38,025 nt of DNA, from assembly GCA_944376955.1 (NCBI GenBank), contig CALWEB010000021.1, positions 1 through 38,025 of the forward strand, given 5' to 3'. This DNA comes from an uncultured Agathobaculum sp. (lineage in GTDB: Bacteria; Bacillota; Clostridia; Oscillospirales; Butyricicoccaceae). The position numbers were made by a program, and so were the translations under genes. The notes beneath the pieces were generated by a model, which worked only from the letters and a program-made list of their open reading frames with translations, was not told where the DNA came from and ran no database searches. This document shows, piece by piece, positions 27,401-35,657 of this stretch. The number at the start of each line of letters is the position of its first letter. Position 1 is the first letter of the stretch.

Positions 27401-28014
27401 TCATGGTTGCCGCAGGCATACACAACCGGATAGTTGTGGATAAACTCGCCGCTGTTGAACCAGAACGCATATTGCTCTTTCTGCGTGCCGGTGCCTTCCA
27501 CCATATCACCGCCGTGAATGATGAAAGCGGGATCGTATGCGGCAACAGCTGCGTCAAAGGTGCTCTTTGTGTCAAACTTGTGCGTATCCGTAATCGAGAT
27601 ATAGCGCACTTCCTCCGGGTTTTCTTCCAGCGTGCGGAAGGTACCCTTGCAGTTTTCGCCGCCCGCAAGCGTTACTTCATAGTAATACCGCGCACCCGGC
27701 GTCAAATCGGTGAATTTGTAACGGAAAATGTTGGTCTGCACACCACCGTATGCCGGTGCAGACGGGTCGCGCTCAATGGTAATTGGGTCGCCCAGCGCAT
27801 TGGCATCCGTGCCCCACCGGATGGTGGTCGCGTCTGCGGTGTCTGTCTCCCATACGGCTACCATACTGTTCGTTTTCGGTGCGAGCAGGTACGGTCCGAT
27901 GACAAATTTCGCGGCCTCCGCCGCGAACGCGGCCGGCAGCATCGCCGTGACCATTACCACGGCCAACAACATGCTGAGCAGTCGCTTGGATAGACTGAGT
28001 TGTCGCTTCATCAT
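24454..28014 (-). CDS. Secreted SLH-anchored multidomain metallophosphoesterase (FN3/PAP-N, calcineurin-like, Ig/CARDB-like, LamG-like, beta-sandwich, SLH repeats)
   Basis: ATG 28014 after AAGGAG; signal peptide ending AFA; metal motifs DTH, GDMVE, GNHD, HHP, GHTH; C-terminal SLH repeats (ITRQEVA, ASRAEVA, IIRAEAF). Confidence 0.85.
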   Translation of the reverse strand: MMKRQLSLSKRLLSMLLAVVMVTAMLPAAFAAEAAKFVIGPYLLAPKTNSMVAVWETDTADATTIRWGTDANALGDPITIERDPSAPAYGGVQTNIFRYKFTDLTPGARYYYEVTLAGGENCKGTFRTLEENPEEVRYISITDTHKFDTKSTFDAAVAAYDPAFIIHGGDMVEGTGTQKEQYAFWFNSGEFIHNYPVVYACGNHDFSDYFDMYVIDTQTEEYGSVVEGNIAFDYGDIHFDLMDSNPWALFQMNAETSGGQMDAATADKIEKSVQWLKDDLAKNQDKKFRILVMHHPISDPYTKMHIASVAEAGHVDMMLAGHTHSYARAVSDDPTVGAGTIYLTHQDSRAVSAKGSYMTHTIKGDVLTTSNMAEGQVVGTTVTAVAKQQLAYSDVSIQSGPVPCNSEIEISATVKNNGKGMAAAVIPVDDNGTMKYIYGELVSDSGVSTSGEPVRVESNGVKTIDPGESIELRGTVKLTTTGTHTLKVGGKPQTVQVNFRPATFSYTNVRTKLGDGEISDINSDVLHIKADVTNIGNEAGTATATLYIDDKAIESKQYDIAAGGVKTCEFTYQFEKSGDFKVRIGDSAVQTVSIEGSIQGMPMVKDKSGMGNNGYLHGAPTLGKDATGKGTIILDGDKDYVEIPDNGNFTITDGITGMVWAKLPNCPGTGIDTLTPTGRDHNPLMTKGVSIGWGTNYLYRMAVRATGKVTVGIGFDNDNGEFFWNDDDADDNAGIKKGEWVQYVGGFDRTTGGDSYQNKYHSGHIDAPAFDSEIKNWPGASTYIGFSYTGALLTNRGRGIDRTMLAGEISQARLYQSKLTESEVASVHGNPTAAGPKSSDMVLWLDFDPANIVQTGTHTTEWVKVSGAPESLAYDAVIEGGAKIDATVEFSQDGKTVSGSKQYALENGAGTIDLTGAGEGAYMRIVTKFTSDLGTDASYLPVLNTYTLKAGNETAWNTWADWKKGTFADGAGHQSADVYRALSADFDDYSGKADEGTPVEPSEPSGPSGEVGWDIPSGYWAEDTIRDLMERGIVKGDDTGSVRPKDRITRQEVASLLVNALGLEPVADAKLDPADNSAAWAAGVLQAAKDAGIMQGDDKGHMNGRNVASRAEVAVMIARAAKISSDDLSVLDAFTDAGTIPAWAQSSIAGLVSQGKMNGYDDNTLRLNNLIIRAEAFQLLSGILAA

Positions 28015-28072
28015 TCTCTCTCCTTTTCCTTGGTTTTCCCGGCAGACAGCCTTCCGGGGTTTGGTTTTATAC

Positions 28073-28101
28073 ATAATATCTGAAAAAGGAACTTTTTGCA
28101 A
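28073..28101 (-). promoter_or_regulatory. Putative promoter of the SLH phosphoesterase gene
   Basis: Minus strand TTGCAA-17 nt-TATTAT. Confidence 0.6.
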
Positions 28102-28291
28102 ACCAATCCTTGTGTGATTTTCCCCGTGCATTCTCCACAAAGCGGCATATTGCACAGTTTATTCTCCAGCTTACCCATATGGATTGTTGTGCATTACCAA
28201 CAGCGCTTTGTGTTCGTTTTGTGTACTTTACGAGAATTTTACATTTTGGCAAAAAGTTATCAGATGCTAACTCCACAATCAGAGTCCAACA

Positions 28292-28331
28292 GAAAACGCG
28301 CCGCAGGCTATGCCTCCTGCGGCGCGTTTTC
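28292..28331 (-). terminator. Intrinsic terminator of the hexuronate operon
   Basis: 16-bp arms GAAAACGCGCCGCAGG / CCTGCGGCGCGTTTTC. Confidence 0.8.
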
Positions 28332-28367
28332 AATGGATTTTAGGCTCTTGTTTATTAGGAAAAAGGG

Positions 28368-29984
28368 TTATCCACGCAGATATTCCTGCAAGGTGCTGCG
28401 CACGGCACCCGGGCCGGCGATCAGCTTGCCAAACATGGTTTCGATCTTGTCTGCAAGGCCGTTTGCGACCAGATCAGCCGCGAACACCGCCTCATTGGAC
28501 AGAATCGGGCGCAGCTTGTCACCCACAGATGCGGGCTTGCCCAACTCGATGCCAGACAGCTGCTGCTGCAAGGTTTCGAGCATCGGGTCGGAGGAAACCT
28601 CCATCTTTTCACCCTTATCGTCCACACCAAGCAGATAGCGCAGCCAGCCTGCAATGGCCAGCGGGATGAACGTCAGGCTCTTGACATCCAGCTTGTCGGA
28701 TGCGATATAGCTCTTAATCGTTTCACCGAAACGGATCGGAATCTTCTGAGAGGTATCGGTCGCAATGCGCTGCGGGGTGTCCGGGATGAACGGATTCGGG
28801 AAGCGCTGACCCACAACCTCCGCGATAAAATCGGCGGGCTTGATGATGCCCGGGTCGGTCACGACCGGCATCCCCTCGTCATAGCCGATATGCTCGATCA
28901 GGCCCTTGAGTTCGGTGTCCTGCATCTCGGCAGCGATGCTGGTGTAGCCCAGCAGGCAGCCGTAAACCGCCAGTGCCGTGTGCAGGGGGTTCAGGCAGGT
29001 TGTGACCTTCATGCGCTCGGTCTTGTTGACCGTGTCGCGGTCGGTCATGTAGACGCCCGCCTTCTCGAGCGCTGGACGGCCGTTAGGGAAATTATCCTCC
29101 ACCACCAAGTACTGCGGGATCTCCGCATTGACAAACGGCGCGATGAAGGTATTGCGGCCGGTGACGATCGGCTCCATATCCTCGATGCCGTCTGCCAGCA
29201 GGGCATTGTCCACTTCCTTGGCCGGGCGCGGGGTGATCTTGTCGATCATGCTCCACGGGAACGCGACGCGGGTTTCATCCTGCATGTAGGAAACGAAGCC
29301 ATCATCCACCAGACCGTTGTTCTTCCATGCTTCGACGACTTCGAGCACGCTGCTGCGCAGCTTTTCGCCGTTGTGCGAGCAGTTGTCCATGCTGGCCAGC
29401 GCGATCGGGTACGCGCCTGCCTTGTAACGCTCGTACATCAGCGCCGCAACCATGCTCATCGCGTGACGCGCGCCGGACGGACCGGCCTTCATGTCCTCGA
29501 CGACCACCGGCATCAGCTCGCCCTTGATGTTGCGCAGCGCATAGCCCTTCTCGGTGATGGTAAAGCTGACCATCTGCAAAGAGGGGTTGACGAAAATTTT
29601 GCGCAGCTTGTCCATTTCAGCGGCATCCGAGCTGTCCGCGCACACGCTATCCGCGATGGAGGCAACGATCTCGCGCTCGGTCGAGCCGTCCGGCTTGAGG
29701 CCGACCATCATGGTCAGCTCATCGTGCGGCTTATAAATCTTCTTGATGATGTCGTAGTCGAAGGTGTCGCCCGCGATGATACCGCAAGTCGCCTCGCCCT
29801 CGTTGAGCAGACGCTGCTGCAACATCGCCACAAAGCCGCGGAAGATATTGCCCGCGCCAAAATGCACCCAAACCGGGGTCTCAGCGGTCTGCGCACGCAT
29901 CTTCTGCACATCAAACTGCGGCAGCTTGACGCCAACGGCGTCCCAACCCGCCTTGTCCTGCAACGATTCCAGACAGAGTTTCAT
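28368..29984 (-). CDS. uxuB: Mannitol-dehydrogenase-family D-mannonate oxidoreductase (fructuronate reductase)
   Basis: WVHFGAGNIFRGF, TITEKGY, SMDNCSHNG, MIDKITP, MKVTTCLNPLHT, RFPNPFIPDTPQRIATDTSQK; in an operon with uxaC and uxuA. Start could be 29993. Confidence 0.85.
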   Translation of the reverse strand: MKLCLESLQDKAGWDAVGVKLPQFDVQKMRAQTAETPVWVHFGAGNIFRGFVAMLQQRLLNEGEATCGIIAGDTFDYDIIKKIYKPHDELTMMVGLKPDGSTEREIVASIADSVCADSSDAAEMDKLRKIFVNPSLQMVSFTITEKGYALRNIKGELMPVVVEDMKAGPSGARHAMSMVAALMYERYKAGAYPIALASMDNCSHNGEKLRSSVLEVVEAWKNNGLVDDGFVSYMQDETRVAFPWSMIDKITPRPAKEVDNALLADGIEDMEPIVTGRNTFIAPFVNAEIPQYLVVEDNFPNGRPALEKAGVYMTDRDTVNKTERMKVTTCLNPLHTALAVYGCLLGYTSIAAEMQDTELKGLIEHIGYDEGMPVVTDPGIIKPADFIAEVVGQRFPNPFIPDTPQRIATDTSQKIPIRFGETIKSYIASDKLDVKSLTFIPLAIAGWLRYLLGVDDKGEKMEVSSDPMLETLQQQLSGIELGKPASVGDKLRPILSNEAVFAADLVANGLADKIETMFGKLIAGPGAVRSTLQEYLRG

Positions 29985-30031
29985 AGGTATCATTTCCTTT
30001 CCAGAATTTGAAATCATATGATATTCCCCGT

Positions 30032-30062
30032 CATCCATCCTGCAAAACCCGCAGGATGGATG
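30032..30062. promoter_or_regulatory. Intercistronic hairpin between dctM and uxuB
   Basis: CATCCATCCTGC / GCAGGATGGATG, 12-bp perfect arms with no U tract. Confidence 0.6.
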
Positions 30063-30087
30063 TGGGGTAAACCAACGGTGTTTCGTC

Positions 30088-31389
30088 TCAGATCAGTCCG
30101 GCTGCCATCGGCAGGCCAAGGCTGACCATTGGGACATAAGTGACAAGAAGCAGACCAATCAAAATGGCCACATAATACCAGAGCATATACGGCATGACCT
30201 TGGATAGGCTCGACCGCCCGACCTTAATGGCCACGAACAGCGTATTGCCGACCGGCGGGGTGATGTTGCCGATGCACAGGTTATAAACCAGGATCAGGCC
30301 AAACTGCACGGGATCCATGCCAAAGGTCTTGACTACCGGCAGGAACAGCGGCGTGAAGATCAGGATTGCCGGGGTAACATCCATAAAGGTGCCGGCAATC
30401 AGCAGGATGACGTTCATAATCAGCAGGATGATGATCGGGTTCTGGGTCAGACCGAGCAGCGCTTCCGAGATGGCCTGCGGGATCTGGGTAAACGCCATAA
30501 CCCAGCCGAGAATGTTCGAGACGCCGATCAGAAACACGACCATGCCGCTCATCTTGGCGCTTTCGACCACGATATTCCAGAACGATTTGAGCGTGATATT
30601 CCGATAGCAGATGCCAAGGATGAGAGCGTACACCACCGCGATGGCCGAGCCTTCGGTCGCGGTGAAGATACCGCCAATGATGCCGCCGATGACGACAACG
30701 ATCAAGGACAGGGACGGGATCGCCTTGAGCGTGCAAACGCCAAGGTTTTTCCAGTCAAACTTGCCGGGCATTCCTTTGTAGCCCTTTTTCTTGGCGATGA
30801 CCACGGCAACCACCATGCAGCACAGTGCCCAGATGATGCCCGGAATATAGCCGGCCATGAACAGTGCCGCAACCGAGGTGCCGCCAGCGGCCAGCGAATA
30901 GGTGATCAGCGCGTTGGAAGGCGGAATCAGCAGACCGGACGGGGCGGACGCGCCATTGGTTGCCGCGCACAGCGCCTTGTCATATCCCTGTTCTTCCTCG
31001 CCCTTTTCCACCATGCTGCCGACCGCCGCAGCCGCAGCGGAAGCCGAGCCGGAAATTGCGCCAAACAGCGCGTTTGCCCCAATGTTGGTCACAAGCAGCG
31101 CGCCGGGCAGCTTGCCCAGAATCGCCATCACAAAATCCACCAGACGCTTTGCGATACCGCCCTGATTCATCAGGTTGCCCGCAAGGATAAAGAACGGGAT
31201 CGCGGTCAGGCTGAACTTGCTCATGCCGACGAAGATGCGCTGCGCGCCGGTGATCACCGAAACATCCAGCAGCACGGTCTGCAAAATCGCAATCAGCGAG
31301 GAAATACCGATGGAATATGAGATCGGCACGCCGATGACCAGCAGTACGGCCAAGATGCCGATGATAATCAGCAAAGACTGTATTGCCAT
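30088..31389 (-). CDS. dctM: TRAP transporter large permease
   Basis: AIPFFILAG, AISGSASA, LIPPSN, GIFTATEG, ITPPVG. Confidence 0.92.
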   Translation of the reverse strand: MAIQSLLIIIGILAVLLVIGVPISYSIGISSLIAILQTVLLDVSVITGAQRIFVGMSKFSLTAIPFFILAGNLMNQGGIAKRLVDFVMAILGKLPGALLVTNIGANALFGAISGSASAAAAAVGSMVEKGEEEQGYDKALCAATNGASAPSGLLIPPSNALITYSLAAGGTSVAALFMAGYIPGIIWALCCMVVAVVIAKKKGYKGMPGKFDWKNLGVCTLKAIPSLSLIVVVIGGIIGGIFTATEGSAIAVVYALILGICYRNITLKSFWNIVVESAKMSGMVVFLIGVSNILGWVMAFTQIPQAISEALLGLTQNPIIILLIMNVILLIAGTFMDVTPAILIFTPLFLPVVKTFGMDPVQFGLILVYNLCIGNITPPVGNTLFVAIKVGRSSLSKVMPYMLWYYVAILIGLLLVTYVPMVSLGLPMAAGLI

Positions 31390-31392
31390 ATG

Positions 31393-31887
31393 TTATGCCC
31401 CCTCTTTCTTTGCGTCCCCGCCGGTACCTTTGCAGATATCAGCGATATTCAGGACGGTATAAACCATGTTGAGTACACCGCACAACGGCATGACGACATA
31501 GAATACGCCAACCGCAACGCCGAGTGAGGAGGTCATCTGGCCCATCGCCAGCTGCGAAATCTGCACGCCGCCATATACCAAGATGATCAGCGAGAACGCA
31601 AAGGCGATCAGCTCTCCAAAAATGCTCAGCGCCTTCTGCGCAGAGGGCGGCATTTTTTCCACAAGGATGGGGATGTTCATATGGCCGCGCTCGCCGGTCA
31701 CCAGAGAGGCGCCCAGCAGGCTCGCCCAAGCAAACAGGTAGGAAACCAGTTCCTCCGACCAGGACGAGGGGTTTTGCAGGACATAGCGGGTGAATACCTG
31801 CCAGCAGGTCAACACGACCATGGCAATGAAACTCACACCAGCCAGCACATTCAGCAGCTTGTTGAGTACGTTTCTGAGTGTTTTCAT
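31393..31887 (-). CDS. dctQ: TRAP transporter small permease
   Basis: QVFTRYVL..PSSWSEEL; four TM segments. Confidence 0.9.
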   Translation of the reverse strand: MKTLRNVLNKLLNVLAGVSFIAMVVLTCWQVFTRYVLQNPSSWSEELVSYLFAWASLLGASLVTGERGHMNIPILVEKMPPSAQKALSIFGELIAFAFSLIILVYGGVQISQLAMGQMTSSLGVAVGVFYVVMPLCGVLNMVYTVLNIADICKGTGGDAKKEGA

Positions 31888-31902
31888 CTGTCATGCACCT
31901 CC

Positions 31903-32931
31903 TCAGGACTCGGTCGATGGATACTGCTCGTTATAGGCCTGAATCGCGTCGTAAATCGGCGCAAGATCCGGGTACTGTTCAAGCATGTCCTCGTGCATCG
32001 GCGCGCAGGCCTCCTGGAAGGGCTTGGTGTCCGGATACAGGAACTGAACCCCTTGCTCGTTCGCCGCGCGGTCCTTGGATTCCGCCACCGCGTCGGTCCA
32101 CTCTGCCCGCTGCACTTGGTTGACCAGCTGGAAGCCCTCTTCAAAGATGGCGCGCTCTTCCTCGCTCAGGCCGTCGAGGAAAGCAATGTTGCCGATCAGG
32201 ATATCCGGGATCATCTGGTGCATGTCATAGGAATAGTATTTGCACACGTCGCCGTGGCCGTTATCGGTCAGTGCCAGCTCGTTGTTCTCCGCGCCGTCAA
32301 TGATCTTGCTCTGCAACGCGGTATACACATCGCCAAAGCCCATCGGCGTAGCCGAACCACCCAGCAGGCTCATCATCTGCACGTTGGTGGGCGACTGCTG
32401 CACACGAATCTTGAGACCCTTGAGGTCGGCAGGTGTTTCGATCGGCGTATTGACGGTATAGAAGTTACGGGTGCCGGCATCCAGCCAGGTGACCGCCTCA
32501 AAGCCCGCGTCCTTGGTGGACTCGAAGATCGGGCCGGTGATAGCTTCGTCATCCATTGCGGCATGGTACGCCTCCGCACTGGCGAACAGGTACGGCAGAT
32601 TGAACAGGGTATAGTTGGTGCTAAAAGTCTCCAGCAGCGAGTTGGACGCTACACAGAAATTGATCGCACCGGTCTGTGTCAGCTGTACCATCTCATTTTG
32701 CGAACCCAACAGCTCGCTCGGGAATACCTCCACATCATACTTGTCGCCAAGCTTGCTTTCAATGAATTCTTCAAATGCCACCAGCGCAATATGGGTGGGG
32801 TGATTGGTTGACTGGTTATGTCCGATGCGGATGATCATTCTACCATCCGAACCCTGACCGCAGCCGGTCAGTACGGTTGCTGACACCACGGTTGCCAGCG
32901 CGAGCGCCAGCACTTTTTTCAACATTTTCAT
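31903..32931 (-). CDS. dctP: TRAP substrate-binding lipoprotein (probably hexuronate)
   Basis: ATG 32931 after AGGAGG; lipobox LTGC; DAGTRNFY, GLKIRVQ, DGAENN. Confidence 0.9.
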   Translation of the reverse strand: MKMLKKVLALALATVVSATVLTGCGQGSDGRMIIRIGHNQSTNHPTHIALVAFEEFIESKLGDKYDVEVFPSELLGSQNEMVQLTQTGAINFCVASNSLLETFSTNYTLFNLPYLFASAEAYHAAMDDEAITGPIFESTKDAGFEAVTWLDAGTRNFYTVNTPIETPADLKGLKIRVQQSPTNVQMMSLLGGSATPMGFGDVYTALQSKIIDGAENNELALTDNGHGDVCKYYSYDMHQMIPDILIGNIAFLDGLSEEERAIFEEGFQLVNQVQRAEWTDAVAESKDRAANEQGVQFLYPDTKPFQEACAPMHEDMLEQYPDLAPIYDAIQAYNEQYPSTES

Positions 32932-32993
32932 CGTGCAGACGTTCCTCCTATCTTTCCTCTTTTCCACGGATTCCTCTTCTCCCACTGCGGAGT

Positions 32994-34043
32994 TTACTTT
33001 GCCAGCGCCTTCTCGCAGGCCTCAAACAGGCCGTTGAGGTAGGTTGCGCCCAGCGCGCGGTCGTACAGGCCGTAGCCCGGCTTGCCAGTCTCGCCCCAGA
33101 TCATGCGGCCGTGGTCGGGACGGACGTAGCCGTCAAAGCCGGTCTCCACCAGCGCCTTGACGATCTCGTACATGTCCAGACTGCCGCAGCTGGACAGGTG
33201 CGCGCGCTCCTCAAACGAGCCGTCCTCCATGATCTTGACGTTGCGCATGTGCATAAAGCCGATGCGGTTCATCGAAGAATACTTGCGCACCATCTTGGGG
33301 ATATCGTTGAACTTCGCGCAGCCCAGCGAGCCGGTGCACAGGCACAGCGTATTGGACGGCGAATCCACGATCGACAGGTAGCGGTCGAGGTTTTTCTCGC
33401 AGGTGATGACGCGCGGCAGGCCGAAGATCGGGTACGGGGGGTCATCCGGATGCAGCGCCATCACAACGCCGCATTCCTCCGCCACCGGAATCACCTTCTT
33501 GAGGAAGATTTCGATGTTCTTCCACAGGCCTTCCTCGCCCAGCTCGCCGTAAGCACGGATCAGGTCACGCACCTGATCCTGCGTGTAGCTGGCATCCCAG
33601 CCGGGCAGGTTGATGTCGTCCTTGAGCGGGTCAAGGCCCTTCATCTGGTCCCAGTACATGACCAGGCTGGTCGAGCCGTCCGGCGCCTTCTTGTCCAGCT
33701 GGGTGCGCGTCCAGTCAAAGACCGGCATGAAATTATAGGTCACGCACTTGACGCCGTACTTCGCGCAGCGGCGAATGTTTTCACAGTACACGTCGATGTG
33801 GTGGTCACGCTTGTCCGTGCCAAGCTTGATATCCTCGGACACCGGGATGGACTCGACCACGTCGAACACCAGTCCATGCGCCTCGCACTGCTCTTTCATC
33901 TTGGCAAGGCTTTCTTCCGGCCATACCTCGCCGGGTTTTACATCGTATACAGCCGAGACGATCGACCGCATCCCCGGAATCTGCGAAATATACTCCAGCG
34001 TCACCGGATCGGATTCGCCATACCAGCGAAACGATAACTTCAT
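32994..34043 (-). CDS. uxuA: Mannonate dehydratase (UxuA type)
   Basis: MKLSFRWYG, YNFMPVFDWTRT, HPDDPP, CTGSLG, RPDHGR, PGYGLYDRALG; ATG 34043 after GGAGG. Confidence 0.95.
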   Translation of the reverse strand: MKLSFRWYGESDPVTLEYISQIPGMRSIVSAVYDVKPGEVWPEESLAKMKEQCEAHGLVFDVVESIPVSEDIKLGTDKRDHHIDVYCENIRRCAKYGVKCVTYNFMPVFDWTRTQLDKKAPDGSTSLVMYWDQMKGLDPLKDDINLPGWDASYTQDQVRDLIRAYGELGEEGLWKNIEIFLKKVIPVAEECGVVMALHPDDPPYPIFGLPRVITCEKNLDRYLSIVDSPSNTLCLCTGSLGCAKFNDIPKMVRKYSSMNRIGFMHMRNVKIMEDGSFEERAHLSSCGSLDMYEIVKALVETGFDGYVRPDHGRMIWGETGKPGYGLYDRALGATYLNGLFEACEKALAK

Positions 34044-34064
34044 TGATATTCCTCCTATAAGCAA

Positions 34065-35471
34065 TTACTGATTCAGTCCAAGAAAGCTTTCCACATTGCG
34101 GAAGCAGATATCCTCGATCATGCCGCCGAGCAGGTCATAATCGGCGGGTGCCATGCCGTCGGCCACCCAGCCGCCCACCAGATTGCACAGAATGCGGCGG
34201 AAATATTCGTGACGGGGATAGGACAGGAACGAGCGCGAGTCGGTCAACATGCCAATGAAGCGGCTGAGCACCCCAATGTTCGCCAAACTCTTCATCTGGG
34301 CGATCATGCCGTCGTAATGGTCGTTGAACCACCACGCAGAACCGAACTGGATCTTGCCGGCTGCGGTATCATCTTGGAAGCAGCCTGCTGCCGCGATCAG
34401 CTTGTCGTTGTCCGCTGCGTTGAGCGTGTACAGCACGGTCTTGGGCAGCTTGTCCCGCACGGCCAGACGGTCGAGCAGCGCAGCCAGAGAAGCGGCCGAA
34501 ATCGGGTCACCGATCGAGTCACCGCCAACATCCGCACCCAATGCGCGGTACAGCTTGGTGTTCAGGTTACGGATGGCGCCCATGTGCAGCTGCATCGCCC
34601 AACCGCGGTTTGCGTACTGCTCCCCGAGGAAATCCATCATCAGCGACTGGTATGCCGCCACCTCGTAATCAAGCAGCGACTCGCCTGCCAGCGCCTTGCG
34701 CATGGCCTCTTCTGCGGCACTTTCGTCCCAAACCGTGAAATCCGGCGAACCGAACGAGTGGTCGGACAGACGGCAGCCAGCCTGCGCGAAGTATTCCACG
34801 CGCTGCGCCAGCGCCTGCTTGACATCGTCAATCGTACGGATCAGGATGTTGGCGGCTGCGCCCAACTTCTGCAAATATACCGGATAGCCCGAATCCACAA
34901 TATTCAGCGCCTTTTCCGGGCGGAAGGTCGGCAGCACCTTGACCGGGAACGCTGCATCCGCCGCCAGCTTCTTGTGCCACTGCAAATCATCAATCGGATC
35001 GTCGGTCGTGCAGAGCGCGCGCACGTTGCTCTCCATGATCAGGGAGCGGGAGGAACCGGCCGGGCTTTGCAGCTTGGCATTGGCCTTGTCCCAGATCGCG
35101 TCTGCTGTGGTCGGGTCGAGCAAGTCGTCGATGCCGAAAAAGCGGATCAGTTCCAGGTGCGACCAGTGATAAATCGGGTTGCCGATCAGACGCGGCATCA
35201 CTTCGGCGTAACGGTCGAACTTTTCGCGGCCGGGTGCATCCCCTGTGATGCAACGCTCCGGAACGGCGTTGGCACGCATCACACGCCATTTGTAGTGGTC
35301 GCCGCCCAGCCAAGCATGGGCAAGGTCGTCAAAGCGAACATCCTCGTAGATCTCCTGCGGGTTAAGATGGCAGTGATAGTCGAAGATCGGCATTTTCTTC
35401 GCATGTTCATGATAGAGGATGCGTGCCGCCTCACTGTTCAGCAAAAAATCGTCTCCAATAAATGTTTTCAT
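34065..35471 (-). CDS. uxaC: Glucuronate (uronate) isomerase
   Basis: PIFDYHCHL, GDHYKWR, TTDDP, QFGSAWWFNDH, GMLTDSRSFLSYPRHEYFRR. Confidence 0.96.
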   Translation of the reverse strand: MKTFIGDDFLLNSEAARILYHEHAKKMPIFDYHCHLNPQEIYEDVRFDDLAHAWLGGDHYKWRVMRANAVPERCITGDAPGREKFDRYAEVMPRLIGNPIYHWSHLELIRFFGIDDLLDPTTADAIWDKANAKLQSPAGSSRSLIMESNVRALCTTDDPIDDLQWHKKLAADAAFPVKVLPTFRPEKALNIVDSGYPVYLQKLGAAANILIRTIDDVKQALAQRVEYFAQAGCRLSDHSFGSPDFTVWDESAAEEAMRKALAGESLLDYEVAAYQSLMMDFLGEQYANRGWAMQLHMGAIRNLNTKLYRALGADVGGDSIGDPISAASLAALLDRLAVRDKLPKTVLYTLNAADNDKLIAAAGCFQDDTAAGKIQFGSAWWFNDHYDGMIAQMKSLANIGVLSRFIGMLTDSRSFLSYPRHEYFRRILCNLVGGWVADGMAPADYDLLGGMIEDICFRNVESFLGLNQ

Positions 35472-35595
35472 TTTCCTTTCTCCTTTGCTGATGATATTAC
35501 GGGGAGTTCGGTTCCAACCTTGTGTCAGGGCATGTTCTTCCCCTTTCTGTTTCTATCATACATCATTCCAAGCGGCAAGGCATGGTGTTTTCTGC

Positions 35596-35624
35596 TTGAA
35601 ATATAGTGAAAGTTGCTATATAAT
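35596..35624 (+). promoter_or_regulatory. Promoter of the AraC regulator
   Basis: TTGAAA-17 nt-TATAAT. Confidence 0.7.
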
Positions 35625-35657
35625 ATAAATGTATACAATAATGCGAGGTGAATTTCA

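Noticed and set aside
25096-27993. 965-aa plus-strand ORF
   Set aside because: Exact antisense of the SLH phosphoesterase; V/R/A/G-rich with no motifs.
28015-28155. 47-aa N-terminal extension of the SLH protein
   Set aside because: It overlaps the predicted promoter; the SD and signal peptide indicate ATG 28014.
28890-35606. Plus-strand ORFs of 373-465 aa opposite the uxu/TRAP genes
   Set aside because: Antisense shadows.
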